64,000 nt of DNA from an uncultured Acidimicrobiia bacterium (GCA_963786955.1 CAWBAT010000004.1:32001-96000), one strand, 5' to 3'. Counted from the first letter of the stretch, positions 49,077 through 60,285 are shown. Notes: generated from the sequence alone by a model not told the origin. Numbers and translations are program-made.

Positions 49077-49940
49077 ATGGCACAACGCTACACACGCCAG
49101 GAATTCCTCGATCGCCTTTGGCTAGAAATCAGGAGTGGCAGGCCGTTGGTGATGACTGGCGCCGGAAACGGGATTGCCGCGAAATTCATTGAACGAGGAG
49201 GAGTTGATATCTTGGGGGTCTACAACACAGGGTACTTCCGGATGCAAGGCTACGGTTCACTGGCGGGTATGCTCCCCATGGCGGACGCCAACGAACTGGT
49301 TTTTCAGATGGGCAGGAGAGAAATTCTTCCCCAGGTCAAAGAAGTTCCCGTCATCGCAGGAGTCAACGGCGTCGACGTTTTGCGCGATATGCGACTCTTC
49401 CTGGAAGATTGCAAACGGATCGGGTTTTCGGGAGTGCATAATTTCCCGACCGTCGCCTGGTTTGACGGAGAATTCCGCAAGACTCTGGAAGGGACCGGCT
49501 TGGGTTATCAACTGGAGATTGACATGCTGAATATCGCGCACAAACTCGACTTGCTCACGATCGGTTACGCCTTTTGTGAGGAGGATAGCGAAAAACTGAT
49601 GCGCGAGGCCGCTCCGGATATTTTTATCTATCATGCCGGAATCACACGGGGAGGGGCAACCGGATACGGAGAGGGACAGTCCCTGGCAGACACGGCGACC
49701 CGCAGCCAGATTCATTATGATATCGCCAAGAAAATCAAATCGAATGTGATCCTGTTGGCGCATGGTGCCGCTCTGACGAATCCGGAAGATGCTCAATTCA
49801 TGTTGGATCACACAGATTGTCACGGAGTACAGCTGGGATCGAGCATTGAGCGATTGGCGATCGAGCAGCCACTCGAAGAACGCGCCAGATCTTTTAAGGG
49901 GGCTCATTTTAGGCAAAGCGGCAAACCGCGATCACGCTGA
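49077..49940 (+). CDS. Phosphoenolpyruvate hydrolase-like TIM-barrel protein (Tm-1 C-terminal domain homolog)
   Basis: YNTGYFRMQGYGSLAGMLP, AGVNGVD, HNFPTV, SSIERL. Confidence 0.9.
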   Translation: MAQRYTRQEFLDRLWLEIRSGRPLVMTGAGNGIAAKFIERGGVDILGVYNTGYFRMQGYGSLAGMLPMADANELVFQMGRREILPQVKEVPVIAGVNGVDVLRDMRLFLEDCKRIGFSGVHNFPTVAWFDGEFRKTLEGTGLGYQLEIDMLNIAHKLDLLTIGYAFCEEDSEKLMREAAPDIFIYHAGITRGGATGYGEGQSLADTATRSQIHYDIAKKIKSNVILLAHGAALTNPEDAQFMLDHTDCHGVQLGSSIERLAIEQPLEERARSFKGAHFRQSGKPRSR

Positions 49941-50050
49941 GGTCGCTATCCCGCTGTTCAGCGCGTTTTTTATAGGTTTCAAGGCTTCAGCTTATCAGGA
50001 AGGCTGTATGCCCCGTTGAGAGCCTTGTGCTGGAGAACTAAGGAAGAACT

Positions 50051-50950
50051 ATGCCACTGGTTTCATTTCAGGACTTAATGAGAGAGGCTGAGTCCGGCAA
50101 CTATGCTGTGGGTTATTTTGAGAGCTGGAATCTGGAATCTCTCCTGGCTGTTGCCGACGCAGCTACCCGGATGCGCTCCCCGGTCATCCTGGGATTCAGT
50201 GGAATTCACCTCCCCGATATTGAGCGAGGAGATGACGATCGGCTCCGTATGTATGCCGCGCTGGGGAGCGAGTTATGCCGGCAACTTCCGGTTGCGGCCT
50301 GCCTGCTCTTCAATGAATCTCCACATTACGAATGGGTCATGAAAGCCATTGAGGTTGGATTCGGCCTCGTGATGTTCACCGATGAAAATCTCGCGGCGGC
50401 GGACCTACGGGATAAGGTACGCCAGGTGGTAGAAAAGGCTCACACCACTGGCGTCGCGGTTGAAGGTGAGATGATGTCTCTGGCTGGCGTTAATGGCCAA
50501 CTGGCTGTCCTCCCGGAAGACCTCCGCTTGACCGACCCCAGCCTCGCTCAATCATTTATAGAAGACACCGGTATTGATGCCCTCGCTGTCAATATTGGAC
50601 AGGCTCATGTCCACGGGCGACGCGAGTTACCCCTGAATTTATCGAGACTCACCGAGATCCGGCAAACCGTTTCTGTCCCGTTAGTCCTGCACGGAGCAAC
50701 TTCCATTGACCGAGGGTATCTTCAACAAGCCATCCAATTGGGCATTCGGAAGATTAATGTCGGAAGTATCCTCAAGAGAACATTCTTTGACACGGTTCGC
50801 AACCGCTCGTCGAAGGTTGGCATGGACTATAATCCCTACGATGTTGTGGGGTCAGGGCTCGATACCGATGTTCTGGCCGCAGGACGAGACGCAGTCCGGA
50901 AAGCAGTGGAAAATCTGATGGGTTTGTTTGGCAGCGCGGGAAAAGGCTGA
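50051..50950 (+). CDS. Class II fructose/tagatose-bisphosphate aldolase-like protein (atypical)
   Basis: YAVGYF, VEGE, TGIDALAVNIGQAH, PLVLHGA, KINVG. Confidence 0.85.
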   Translation: MPLVSFQDLMREAESGNYAVGYFESWNLESLLAVADAATRMRSPVILGFSGIHLPDIERGDDDRLRMYAALGSELCRQLPVAACLLFNESPHYEWVMKAIEVGFGLVMFTDENLAAADLRDKVRQVVEKAHTTGVAVEGEMMSLAGVNGQLAVLPEDLRLTDPSLAQSFIEDTGIDALAVNIGQAHVHGRRELPLNLSRLTEIRQTVSVPLVLHGATSIDRGYLQQAIQLGIRKINVGSILKRTFFDTVRNRSSKVGMDYNPYDVVGSGLDTDVLAAGRDAVRKAVENLMGLFGSAGKG

Positions 50951-50970
50951 TTCGGTGGAACACGTCCGTG

Positions 50971-51025
50971 GGGTGGCGAAGACATGCGCACTGTGCATGT
51001 CTTCACATTGAATGCAGGCTTTGAG
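50971..51025. repeat. 55-bp hairpin-containing direct repeat, copy 1
   Basis: GAAGACATGC..GCATGTCTTC stem; 48/55 identical to 51843-51897 by hand alignment. Confidence 0.8.
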
Positions 51026-51321
51026 GAAGTTCTTTCGATTCGACGAGGGATCTGACTTTTTCCGGGCTGGCGCAGACATACGTTGTTAGCATGTCTGCGA
51101 AGAAATAGAGGAATACACGCACACGCATCTGGTCAAGTGACTGTTGATCGAAGACCTCAAAACGTGGAGATGGCCAGCCTTGACACAGGGGTCATACGCA
51201 GACCTGGCAACGTCGCAAATCTGTGCCACTTGAGGCCTAGATACCCGATCCTTAATTTTAGTTTTCACTACAATTGTCTATTTAATTTACCTACCCCGGG
51301 CTTCGCTTTAGGAGATCCGTT

Positions 51322-51804
51322 GTGAACCCCCACTTGAAACGCATTCTCTACTTTCTGCTGGGCAAGGAGAACGCGGGTGTTCCCCAAGACATGCTTCGGG
51401 ACTCCATCTGGCTGCTATTTGTAGCGTTCGCGCTGTCATTATTCCGCTCCTCAATGGAACACGTGCTTGGAAGAAACAGCAGCTTCCTTTCCGCCGTGGA
51501 CGAAAGCCTTTTCTACACGGCCATGATCGCAATGGTGTGCCGCAGCCTAAAGAGGATTTACGACTGGCTCCGCGGGGGAGGAGTGCAATGGACAGAAGTA
51601 TTCCCCTCTATTCTCACGACATCATGGGGATATGCCGGTTGCGTGCTGACGCTCGGCACTCTGTCGTGGGGATTGCTCCGAATGCTTCTTCGACTCTCGT
51701 TCGAGGACGCTTTCGTGACACAGACTGTCGTAATCCTAATCTTCGCTTGGGCAGTAACCCCACCAGCAAAGCCAACTAGGCCCGCAAAAAGCACGAGCCG
51801 CTGA
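51322..51804 (+). CDS. Hypothetical 4-TM membrane protein
   Basis: AGGAGA RBS; four hydrophobic segments. Confidence 0.65.
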   Translation: MNPHLKRILYFLLGKENAGVPQDMLRDSIWLLFVAFALSLFRSSMEHVLGRNSSFLSAVDESLFYTAMIAMVCRSLKRIYDWLRGGGVQWTEVFPSILTTSWGYAGCVLTLGTLSWGLLRMLLRLSFEDAFVTQTVVILIFAWAVTPPAKPTRPAKSTSR

Positions 51805-51842
51805 GGACTGGTTCCTGGTTTTAATTCTTACTCAAATTCGTC

Positions 51843-51897
51843 GGGTGGCGAAGGCATGCGTAGTGTACATGTCTTCGAATTGAATGCAGGCTCTGAG
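51843..51897. repeat. 55-bp hairpin-containing direct repeat, copy 2
   Basis: See 50971-51025. Confidence 0.8.
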
Positions 51898-52043
51898 AAA
51901 TCAGGGACAAACGACGCACTTCGGGTTTTCAGCTGTAAAGGATCCCAACAGGGGAAGGGTGTTGAGGACTTGAATCATGATAAGACACCGGAGGAAAAAT
52001 AATTGGTTCATCCTGGCCATCCGATAAGACATGGCAGACCTGA

Positions 52044-52412
52044 ATGTTGAGATCTTTCGCCCTTGAGGATTTGTCGAGACAATACATGAAACCCAGACGA
52101 AACGACACCGCAAGCATTCCCCCATTCGTTGAACGCCGTGGATTCTGCTACGATATCATGGTCTACGGGGATACAGTCGGCCAATCTCTCGATCCTGAGC
52201 AATCTCGGAGATTCCTGGAATCCTATGAAAGACTAAACACTACTTCCGGTTACGTCTCTTACACGGATGTATCCAGAGAGTTGAAGGTAACGCCGCTGCA
52301 AGTCATGCAACATGTCAAGTTTCTTCATGTCCAATCCAAAGAGTGGTTAGTCCGCTTCTCTTGTGATCGCAACAATGAGAATGTTCTCTTCAAATTGTTC
52401 CACCGGACTTGA
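52044..52412 (+). CDS. Small hypothetical protein, possible winged HTH
   Basis: VSYTDVSRELKVTPLQVMQHVKFL has an HTH-like pattern; start uncertain (52044 or 52086). Confidence 0.45.
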   Translation: MLRSFALEDLSRQYMKPRRNDTASIPPFVERRGFCYDIMVYGDTVGQSLDPEQSRRFLESYERLNTTSGYVSYTDVSRELKVTPLQVMQHVKFLHVQSKEWLVRFSCDRNNENVLFKLFHRT

Positions 52413-52751
52413 CCAATCTATTCTGAGCTGCAATCTTTGATTCTCAATGGTCAGCAGTCAAGGCTGGTACAACGAGGGGGGGGTACTCCCGATCTGGCAT
52501 ACGACCCGACCACGAGGCCAAATCGGTTGCGTTGAATATGCTCTGACTTATCCCCGGGTGCTACGCCTGAGCCGGAGCCCTCTTATGCACATCTGCCACG
52601 AACTTAGATGGTTACGATAGAGCCAGGAATGATTATCCGCCTGGTTCGGCTGGATTCAGGCCCCTTCGAATATACGCGCAAATGGCCTAGAGCAACCGGA
52701 GTAGACATCATAGGAAGGTGGAAAGACAGCGGAGATTACCTGCAGAGACAG

Positions 52752-53927
52752 TTAATCACTCAACTCCTCAGACCCTGGCTGGCGCGCATGTTCTTTCAAC
52801 AGTTTTTCGATCGCCCAGTACTCCCTCCAGTGCCGGACAGCTATAGAAGCAATACCGACGAACGGTATCGCCACCAGAACACCCAAAGTCCCCCCCGCTT
52901 CCGCACCCGCTAGAATGGCAACGATGATGGCTACCGGGTGCATGTGCATACGGCGTCCGACGAGCCGCGGATAGATAAGGTAGTCTTGGACAAGGCGCAT
53001 GGCTACGAGGAATCCGATCAACACGAGCAGCCGGTCTCCGCTGACGATGCCACACGCAGCATAGGCAACACTCAGAGGACCTGCAATCGGGAAAAATTCG
53101 AGGGCCCCCGAGGCGGTTCCAAGCAGCAAGGCATGCGGCAGTCCGATTAGCCAGAAACCCGCCATAGACGTAATTCCGACGGAAACGCATGCCAGCATCT
53201 GCGCCCGAGTATAGCCAGCCAGGACACTGTTCACCTGATGGAAGAATTCCTCTCCCCTCCATCGGAGATGTCCTTCCGGCAGGTGTGCCACCGCTGACTG
53301 ACGGAACCAGCCAACACGGCTGACCAGAAGCAAGGCGAGGGTCGGTACCAGCCAGATCCAAGGAAGAACGGGCCGCCAAGCGACAACCTCCGCGCTCACA
53401 CGGATAGCGTTGGTTTTGATCGACAGCGATACCGTGTGCCAGAGACCCGCGAGGTGGTCGGCAAAGGGGATGGGTGGAGAAAAGCGGTTGGTGATTCGTT
53501 CGATCGTCTCCAGCCGCTGCCGCGCCCGGTCGGCATAAGTTGGTAACTTGTCAGCGAGGTCAGTCATCTGCTGCTGGAACTTTCCGGCGAGCAGGAGCCC
53601 CGCTGTGGTTCCAAAGAGGAGCATCACAAAATAAATAACAAGAACAGCCATTGCCGGTGTGAGCGGCTTGCGATAAGCCCCATGGGGGCGTTGCACACGT
53701 TTTGCCAGAGGAGCTAACACGTAAGCAAGGACCACGGAAAACAAAGTGATGAGCAGCGCGTTCCTGGCGATGGGTCGATTGAGAGCCAGAGTGACCACCG
53801 CCACAAGAACGGCAACACCCGCGGCCGCTCGCCGCGCGATCGGCCAGAGTTGTCTCCGATCTTTTCGGACGTGCACAGGTGTGGACGATCCTACAGTGTC
53901 GCATGAAGCTAAGCTGGGGTCTTCCAT
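52752..53927 (-). CDS. AI-2E family transporter
   Basis: LAYVLAP, LAGYTRAQ, EFFPIAGP, QDYLIYPRLVG..MHP. Confidence 0.9.
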   Translation of the reverse strand: MEDPSLASCDTVGSSTPVHVRKDRRQLWPIARRAAAGVAVLVAVVTLALNRPIARNALLITLFSVVLAYVLAPLAKRVQRPHGAYRKPLTPAMAVLVIYFVMLLFGTTAGLLLAGKFQQQMTDLADKLPTYADRARQRLETIERITNRFSPPIPFADHLAGLWHTVSLSIKTNAIRVSAEVVAWRPVLPWIWLVPTLALLLVSRVGWFRQSAVAHLPEGHLRWRGEEFFHQVNSVLAGYTRAQMLACVSVGITSMAGFWLIGLPHALLLGTASGALEFFPIAGPLSVAYAACGIVSGDRLLVLIGFLVAMRLVQDYLIYPRLVGRRMHMHPVAIIVAILAGAEAGGTLGVLVAIPFVGIASIAVRHWREYWAIEKLLKEHARQPGSEELSD

Positions 53928-54137
53928 GGGGTCATAATAATCGATATTGCGGTTCTGCGGAAGTCTGGTGTAGACCTATTTACAGAACAGGCAGCAGCAC
54001 AAGAAACTCGAGCACTTGATAGCGGCAGTTCTCTAACAATTCAAGACCCCGTAGGATGTTCGCAGTCATGAGCCGCCAGATTGAAGTCACAAGGCCCCGC
54101 GGACTGCCAGAGAAGTCATAGGGACGACCTGATAAGG

Positions 54138-55283
54138 TTACGCCGGGGAATAGCGCACCGCAACAATCGAGATGTCGTCGGACTGATGGGCTCCGGCTGC
54201 ATGGCTGCGAACCGCCTGGAGGATGCTGGACACTGTCCCGGCGGCGTTCTGCCCCGGATCGTTCCCGAGTTGCGCCAACAGTCGCGCGTCGCCGAAGAGC
54301 TCTTCCCCTTTATTGAAAGCTTCGGTGACCCCGTCTGAATAGAGCACCAATGTGTCCCCCGGCACGAGCTTCATGGATTCGTCGCACACCGAGTTGCCGG
54401 GAAACAATCCTGCTACCATCCCGGTGGAAGGGAACACGAAACGAGGCGGTCTGCCAGGCCCGAATAGTACCAAAGGATTATGTCCGGCGTTGGCGCAGGT
54501 AACCTGACCCGATCGCAAGTCATAAACGAGGCATGCCATTGTGACGAACATCATGCGCGGATTCTGTTTAACCAGTTCATCGCTGACGCGCCGGACGATC
54601 TCCTCCGGGCGCTCGAATTGACGGGCCATGCTTCGGGCTAGGGTCACTGTCACCGCCATGAAGAGCGCGGCCGGGATTCCCTTGCCCGAGACGTCGCCGA
54701 GAACAACCATGACACGATTTTCGTCAACCCGTAGAACTTCATAGAGATCACCGCCGACATGCTGGGCTGGTTCCAGCACAGCATGGATGTCAAGCCCAGT
54801 TCCCTTTGTACAGGAGGAAAGATCCGAAGGCAGGATCCCGATCTGGATCTCCCGCGCAATGCTCAGCTCCATTTCCCGGGCCTCCCGGATCGCATCGGCG
54901 TATGCCTTGGCTCTCACCAGCGACCGGACCCTGGCTTTTACCTCAAGGATTTCAAAGGGCTTGGTAAGGTAATCATTTCCGCCGATCTCGAAGCCCCGCG
55001 CTTTGTCCTGCACATCTTCCAGCGAAGTGAGAAACATGACGGGGATGTCGCGAGTCTGCTCATTGGCGCGCAGCCGGCGGCAGACCTCGTAGCCATCGAT
55101 GCCGGGCATCATAATGTCGAGGAGCACGAGGTCGGCAGAATTCTTTTCGATGCTGCGCAATGCGCTTTCTCCGTCCAGAGCTACGCTCAGTTTGTATAGG
55201 CCGCGCAAGGCTTGGACGAGCACGTCGACGTTGGCCTTGACGTCATCGACGATCAGGATGCGGCATTCGGATAGGTCCTTCAT
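54138..55283 (-). CDS. Response regulator receiver fused to a PP2C/SpoIIE phosphatase (RsbU-like)
   Basis: IVDD, LLDIMMP, TKPF; VGGDLY, GDVSGKG, NAGH, YSDGVTE, SDDI. Confidence 0.93.
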   Translation of the reverse strand: MKDLSECRILIVDDVKANVDVLVQALRGLYKLSVALDGESALRSIEKNSADLVLLDIMMPGIDGYEVCRRLRANEQTRDIPVMFLTSLEDVQDKARGFEIGGNDYLTKPFEILEVKARVRSLVRAKAYADAIREAREMELSIAREIQIGILPSDLSSCTKGTGLDIHAVLEPAQHVGGDLYEVLRVDENRVMVVLGDVSGKGIPAALFMAVTVTLARSMARQFERPEEIVRRVSDELVKQNPRMMFVTMACLVYDLRSGQVTCANAGHNPLVLFGPGRPPRFVFPSTGMVAGLFPGNSVCDESMKLVPGDTLVLYSDGVTEAFNKGEELFGDARLLAQLGNDPGQNAAGTVSSILQAVRSHAAGAHQSDDISIVAVRYSPA

Positions 55284-58200
55284 GACGGTATTCCTCCTCT
55301 TACCCTCTCGAGCAGCCGCGCCACGATCGCGGCCGCATCATCATATTCATAATTTTCCACAAACTCCTCGATGTGCGCGATCTCGCGGCCCATTTCATCG
55401 GGGACGTTCATTTTCTTGAGTTCCCGAAGGACCTCGGACGAACTGCTGAGGTCGAAGTCTGCCAGCGCCAGGCGAAGCCGCTCTAGGTTGTCCCGAAGTC
55501 TCGACGGATCGGCCGGCTGAGCCGGGACGCCCTCGACGGATTCCTTCACGGCTTGTCCCTTCCCTTTTAGTAACTCGATGGATCGAAAAACCACGACGGC
55601 GCATCCGTCCACTACCCTGAAGAGGTCCTCGAGATTGGCCTGTCCCTGGCGCGCAGCCTTCTCCAGCGCTTTGGCCGCGGCATGCAGAGAGTCCATCCCC
55701 AGGTTCCCTGCCGAGCCCGCCAGTGCATGCGCAAACCCTGCTGCTCCGGCGTTGTCGTTTGCCCGAATTGCTGCACGTAAATCCTCGAGGGTTTTCCCCT
55801 GACCGTCGGCAAACCGAATCAGCATCTTACGCAAGCTCTCGAAGGGCAGGCCAAGCCTTCGGAGGGCGCTATCGACCTCAATCCCTTCGATGACATATAG
55901 GCCGGGAGCCGCTTCCCCGGCAGCCGGCCCCGCGTGGGATCTCGTAGCCGCCTTCTCTACGCTCCTGGTTGTCGAACTTAAGGACACCGACACCCGGCGC
56001 GGCAACCAGCGCCGGAGCGTTCCCACCATCAACGCGCGATCAATCGGCTTGATGATATGGTCGCTCATTCCGGCCGCCAGGCAGGCGTCCAGGTCCTGTT
56101 TCATGGCATTCGCCGTCATGGCGATGATCGGTAAATCGCGGAACTCCGGATCTGCCCGCAGCGTGCGGGTCGCCTCCAGTCCGTCCATTTCAGGCATCTG
56201 CATGTCCATCAGGATCGCCGCATAGCGACCCTTGTTCTCACGGGCCATTTCGACCGCCTCGCGGCCGTTGTTGGCGATGTCCAGCTCGATGCCCAATCGG
56301 GAAAGAAGCTCGGTTGCGACCATCTGGTTGGCCTCGTTATCCTCCGCAAGCAACGCAACCGTTCCTTCGAACTCGATTTCGAGGGTTTTATCGGACACGT
56401 GACGGGGGATTTGCGCTTCCAGCCCCTGAGCTTCGACGATGGCATTAAACAGCGAAGATGCCGTAATCGGCTTCTGCAGGAATACATTAACTCCGACCTC
56501 AGCGCTGCGGGCCTCCTCCTCCTTACCGGCGTATGCGCTGATCAGGACGATGGGTAGAGATCGCGTTTCCTCCTTCTCCCGGATGCGGCTGGCTGCCTCC
56601 AGGCCGTTCATCCCCGGCAGCATCCAGTCCAGGAGTACCAGCCCGAAGGGGTCCCGTCCACCGCTCCAGTTGTGCTCCTTGAGAAGGGCAACGCCCTCCT
56701 CTGCAGTGGCTACGGAAGTGCACGGGATCGACCAACTGCCTAGAAACGTTTCAAGGAGTTCGCGGCTGGTCTCTGTGTCTTCGACTATCAGCACCGGAAG
56801 CCGACGGATATCTCCGGGAGGTGAAGGGATCGGCGCCTCTTGCGTGTCCTGCAGGCCGAAATGAACCGTGAAAAAGAACGTGGTCCCTTCCCCCGGTTTG
56901 CTTTCCAGGGCCAGGTCCCCTCCCATCATTTTCGAGAGGCGCCGGCTGATGGCGAGACCGAGCCCTGTGCCTCCGTATTTTCGGGAGGTCGAAGTGTCCG
57001 CCTGCGAAAATGCCTGGAATAGCCGGCCTTGTTGCTCCTCGGTGATCCCGATCCCCGTGTCGCGCACACTGACAACAAGATTAACCTCCCCCTTAGAACT
57101 ACCCTCGCGATTTTCCACGGTGTTCCGGAAAGACACTTTGACTGAGATTTCTCCCTTGTCCGTGAACTTGAATGCGTTACCCACCAGGTTGGTGATCACC
57201 TGCCGGAATCGAAGGGCATCGCCGATCATCCCGTCAGGAATGTCCATGGGAACATAAGTGATCAACTCCACATGCTTCTCGACGACCTTGGCACGGAATG
57301 TTTCGGTCACTTCATCCAGCGCCTTGCGCAGGCTGAATGGGGCCTGCTCTAGTTCGAGTTTTTCCGCCTCGATTTTCGAGAAGTCCAGGATGTCATTGAT
57401 GATCCCCAGCAGGTTCTTGGAGGAAGAATGGACCACGCTCAGGTAATGCTGCTGGCGCGGCGTCAGGTCAGTCTCAAGTGCGAGGCTGGTCATGTTGATG
57501 ATGGCGTTCATCGGTGTCCGGATCTCATGGCTCATCACCGCCAGGAAGGAGCTTTTGGCCCGGTTTGCCGCCTCTGCTGACTCGCGCGCAGCCACTATTT
57601 CGCGGCTGGCTGTTTCCAGGCTGGCGATGCCTTTATCGAGAGCCTGGGCCAGTTCCCGTAATTCGCCTGCTCCCAGCGGGAGGCCGGTGCGGGCCGCGAG
57701 GTCTCCTGCCTGGAGGCAGCGAGCAGTTTTCAGGATGGCGCGTGTGTCGTATAGAAAAAGCTTCTCCGAAATGAAAGAGGCGATCCCGACGGAGATGAGG
57801 CCGCCGATGAATAGGATCAGGAGATTCCGCAACAGCGACCGCCCCGCCTCTGCTTCAGCGACTGACGTGGGAATCCCGACGGCAAGGTAAGCATTGGTTT
57901 CTACTGTGCCGGATCGAATGGGAGCATACGCATACAGCCGCTCAACTCCCTCTAAGCCCTTGAGAACAGCCATGCCGGCGCGGCCCTCTTTGAGAATCGT
58001 ACGCACCAGCGTTGATTTGCCTATATTTCTCCCGACCCATTTGTCCGATTCCAGCGTACGGTGAAGGACGACCCCGTCGGAATCGAAAATGATGATTGTA
58101 GCTCCTTCCGGAAGGTCCGCCTGGGCAACGAAATCGGCGATCCATGCAAATCCCAGGGAAGCAATGAGGACTCCAACCAGTCGGCCATCTGATTCCAAGA

Positions 58201-58669
58201 GCGGATAACCGAGATTGAACCCGGGCTTGCCACTGATTGGGTTAAAATTGAATTTGCCGAGGCAAAAAGACTTGGTGGCGACGGTTCTCTTAAAGGAATC
58301 GAAGTGATCGAACCGGACTTCGCCCGCGAATGGGACGGCACTGCTTACGATCTTCCCCGAAGGGTCGGCGATGGCAAGGTTCGTGTAAATCGGCTCGTCG
58401 CCGAGAATCTCAGCCAGTCGAGCGCTGGCCGAGGTGTTCATGGCGCGAATCTCGGGCATGCGCACGAGGGACCGGAACTGGGCGTGGGTTTCCTCGATCA
58501 GCGACTCTGTCCGCTCCTCCATCAGCGACCCAACCCGAACCGCCTCCCTGTGAATCTGCTGAAAAATTCGCCGGCGAAGTTGGAGTTCATCGTAAACGAT
58601 GATGGCCAGAGCCGGTAGCAAGGCAAGAAGCACCAGCCAAACCAGTCGAGCTCGGATTGTTGAGAACAC
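55280..58669 (-). CDS. Hybrid sensor histidine kinase (Cache-like sensor, HAMP, HisKA, HATPase, 2 REC, HPt)
   Basis: Two TM segments; SHEIRTPM; NAFKFT, DTGIG, GTGLGL; LLDWMLP and LMDMQMP; AHALAGSAG. Confidence 0.94.
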   Translation of the reverse strand: MFSTIRARLVWLVLLALLPALAIIVYDELQLRRRIFQQIHREAVRVGSLMEERTESLIEETHAQFRSLVRMPEIRAMNTSASARLAEILGDEPIYTNLAIADPSGKIVSSAVPFAGEVRFDHFDSFKRTVATKSFCLGKFNFNPISGKPGFNLGYPLLESDGRLVGVLIASLGFAWIADFVAQADLPEGATIIIFDSDGVVLHRTLESDKWVGRNIGKSTLVRTILKEGRAGMAVLKGLEGVERLYAYAPIRSGTVETNAYLAVGIPTSVAEAEAGRSLLRNLLILFIGGLISVGIASFISEKLFLYDTRAILKTARCLQAGDLAARTGLPLGAGELRELAQALDKGIASLETASREIVAARESAEAANRAKSSFLAVMSHEIRTPMNAIINMTSLALETDLTPRQQHYLSVVHSSSKNLLGIINDILDFSKIEAEKLELEQAPFSLRKALDEVTETFRAKVVEKHVELITYVPMDIPDGMIGDALRFRQVITNLVGNAFKFTDKGEISVKVSFRNTVENREGSSKGEVNLVVSVRDTGIGITEEQQGRLFQAFSQADTSTSRKYGGTGLGLAISRRLSKMMGGDLALESKPGEGTTFFFTVHFGLQDTQEAPIPSPPGDIRRLPVLIVEDTETSRELLETFLGSWSIPCTSVATAEEGVALLKEHNWSGGRDPFGLVLLDWMLPGMNGLEAASRIREKEETRSLPIVLISAYAGKEEEARSAEVGVNVFLQKPITASSLFNAIVEAQGLEAQIPRHVSDKTLEIEFEGTVALLAEDNEANQMVATELLSRLGIELDIANNGREAVEMARENKGRYAAILMDMQMPEMDGLEATRTLRADPEFRDLPIIAMTANAMKQDLDACLAAGMSDHIIKPIDRALMVGTLRRWLPRRVSVSLSSTTRSVEKAATRSHAGPAAGEAAPGLYVIEGIEVDSALRRLGLPFESLRKMLIRFADGQGKTLEDLRAAIRANDNAGAAGFAHALAGSAGNLGMDSLHAAAKALEKAARQGQANLEDLFRVVDGCAVVVFRSIELLKGKGQAVKESVEGVPAQPADPSRLRDNLERLRLALADFDLSSSSEVLRELKKMNVPDEMGREIAHIEEFVENYEYDDAAAIVARLLERVRGGIPS

Positions 58670-58928
58670 GAAATTGACTCCTTGCAGAACGTGTCCGCCT
58701 GATCAGAAAACTCTTGTCGAGCAAGTCAAATCTTCCCCGTGCCCTTTGGTCCCTTCGGGACAAGTGGGGATAATACTCACTCGCGAAAATTCGAAGTTAT
58801 TTTTGTAGCTGGGCGGATTATTGCATTTTGCTCCGCAAAGGCATAACCATCTACCTAGGTCTGAAGTATACTGTCAGTCTATGGGAACCCGAAATGGAAA
58901 TCCCCGTTTATTTTTCTACAACATTACA

Positions 58929-59735
58929 ATGGGAGTCCGCATAAATTGTTTCCGCTGTGTAACCACGCTGATCATCTGGGCCTTTTTATGGGGGATGCTC
59001 GTACCGCCGGCCGCGGGGCAGAATATCGACCGTTCGAAGCTCGTCGATCTGACCTATAGTTTCAATGATAAGACCGTCTACTGGCCGAACGCGAAGGGCT
59101 TTCGTCATCAGAAAGACGTATGGAAGATCACGCCGGGTGGCTTTTGGTACGCGGCTGGCGAATTTGCTTCGGCCGAACATGGCGGAACGCACCTTGACAG
59201 TCCGATTCATTTCGCACAGGGCATGGCCACCCTCGACGAGATTCCTGTAGAAAAACTGGTCGCCCCCGCGGTGGTGATCGACGTGACCTCAGCCACTGCC
59301 AAGAATCGCGACTACCTGGCCAGCGCGCAAGACTTGCGGGCTTGGGAGATGGAAAACGACACGATTCCAGCGGGCTCCATCGTTGTCTTCCGCACCGGCT
59401 GGGGTAAGTATTGGCCGGACCGCAAACAATATCTGGGCAGCGACGTCGCCGGCGATATCGATCATCTGCATTTCCCCGGCATCGCCAGAGATGCTGCGGA
59501 GTTGCTCGTACAGCGAAAAATTGATGGAGTCGCTATCGACACGGCCAGCATGGACTATGGTCCGTCAAAAGACTTCATCGTCCATCAGGTGCTGAATAAG
59601 GCAGGCATCTACGGCCTTGAAAACATTGCCAACGCGGAGAAACTGCCGGTCAAGGGTGCGACTCTGATCGCTCTGCCGATCAAGATTGAAGCCGGATCAG
59701 GGGGTCCCGCCCGGATCATCGCGCTATTGCCATAA
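58929..59735 (+). CDS. Cyclase family (kynurenine formamidase-like) metal-dependent hydrolase, probably exported
   Basis: EHGGTHLDSPIHF, RTGW, IDTASMD, LENIAN, GSGGPAR; hydrophobic N-terminus. Confidence 0.9.
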   Translation: MGVRINCFRCVTTLIIWAFLWGMLVPPAAGQNIDRSKLVDLTYSFNDKTVYWPNAKGFRHQKDVWKITPGGFWYAAGEFASAEHGGTHLDSPIHFAQGMATLDEIPVEKLVAPAVVIDVTSATAKNRDYLASAQDLRAWEMENDTIPAGSIVVFRTGWGKYWPDRKQYLGSDVAGDIDHLHFPGIARDAAELLVQRKIDGVAIDTASMDYGPSKDFIVHQVLNKAGIYGLENIANAEKLPVKGATLIALPIKIEAGSGGPARIIALLP

Positions 59736-60003
59736 ATGCCAAAGATGTCTCTCCTCCTCGGAAACGACATGCCAGAGATCGAACGGCCGGCCCAAGAGGT
59801 CAACGGCTCGGACGCGGGATCTGCTACCACACTGCGCCACTGTAGGATGACAGTGAGAACCGCAGATTAGGCAACAGAAGTTATGCAGAAACCTCAAGAT
59901 AATCTGGGGGTTCCACAGTGGGGCATGGGCGGTATAAACTTATGAGGATTAGTTGTGAATAAAAGGAAAAACGGAGAAGATTTCAATTTTAATAGGAGGA
60001 GTG

Positions 60004-60285
60004 ATGATCATCGTACGTAATTGCTTTGTTGCGAAACCCGGCCAGGCGAGCAAACTTGCCGCCCAGCTAAAAGAAGCAGCCGCTGCTGCCATACCCAAAC
60101 ACCGCGTTTTGACGGATCTCACCGGCGACTTTAACCGCGTCGTATTGGAATATGAGGCGGAAAATATCGCCGAATTTGAGGCCCGAATGAAACAGGTCAT
60201 GACGGACAAAGTGTTCCGTGAGAAGATGAAAGGCTACACGGATCTGTATGTCACCGGCAGCCGTGAGATCCTGCAGATGGTCTGA
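60004..60285 (+). CDS. Small NIPSNAP/dimeric alpha-beta barrel-like hypothetical protein
   Basis: AGGAGG RBS; RNCFVAKPGQA..TGDFNRVVLE..GSREI. Confidence 0.7.
   Translation: MIIVRNCFVAKPGQASKLAAQLKEAAAAAIPKHRVLTDLTGDFNRVVLEYEAENIAEFEARMKQVMTDKVFREKMKGYTDLYVTGSREILQMV

Noticed and set aside
49257-49916. 219-aa minus-strand ORF
   Set aside because: Antisense to the TIM-barrel gene
50971-51897. Integron attC sites
   Set aside because: RYYYAAC/GTTRRRY core ends were not found and there is no tyrosine integrase in the window
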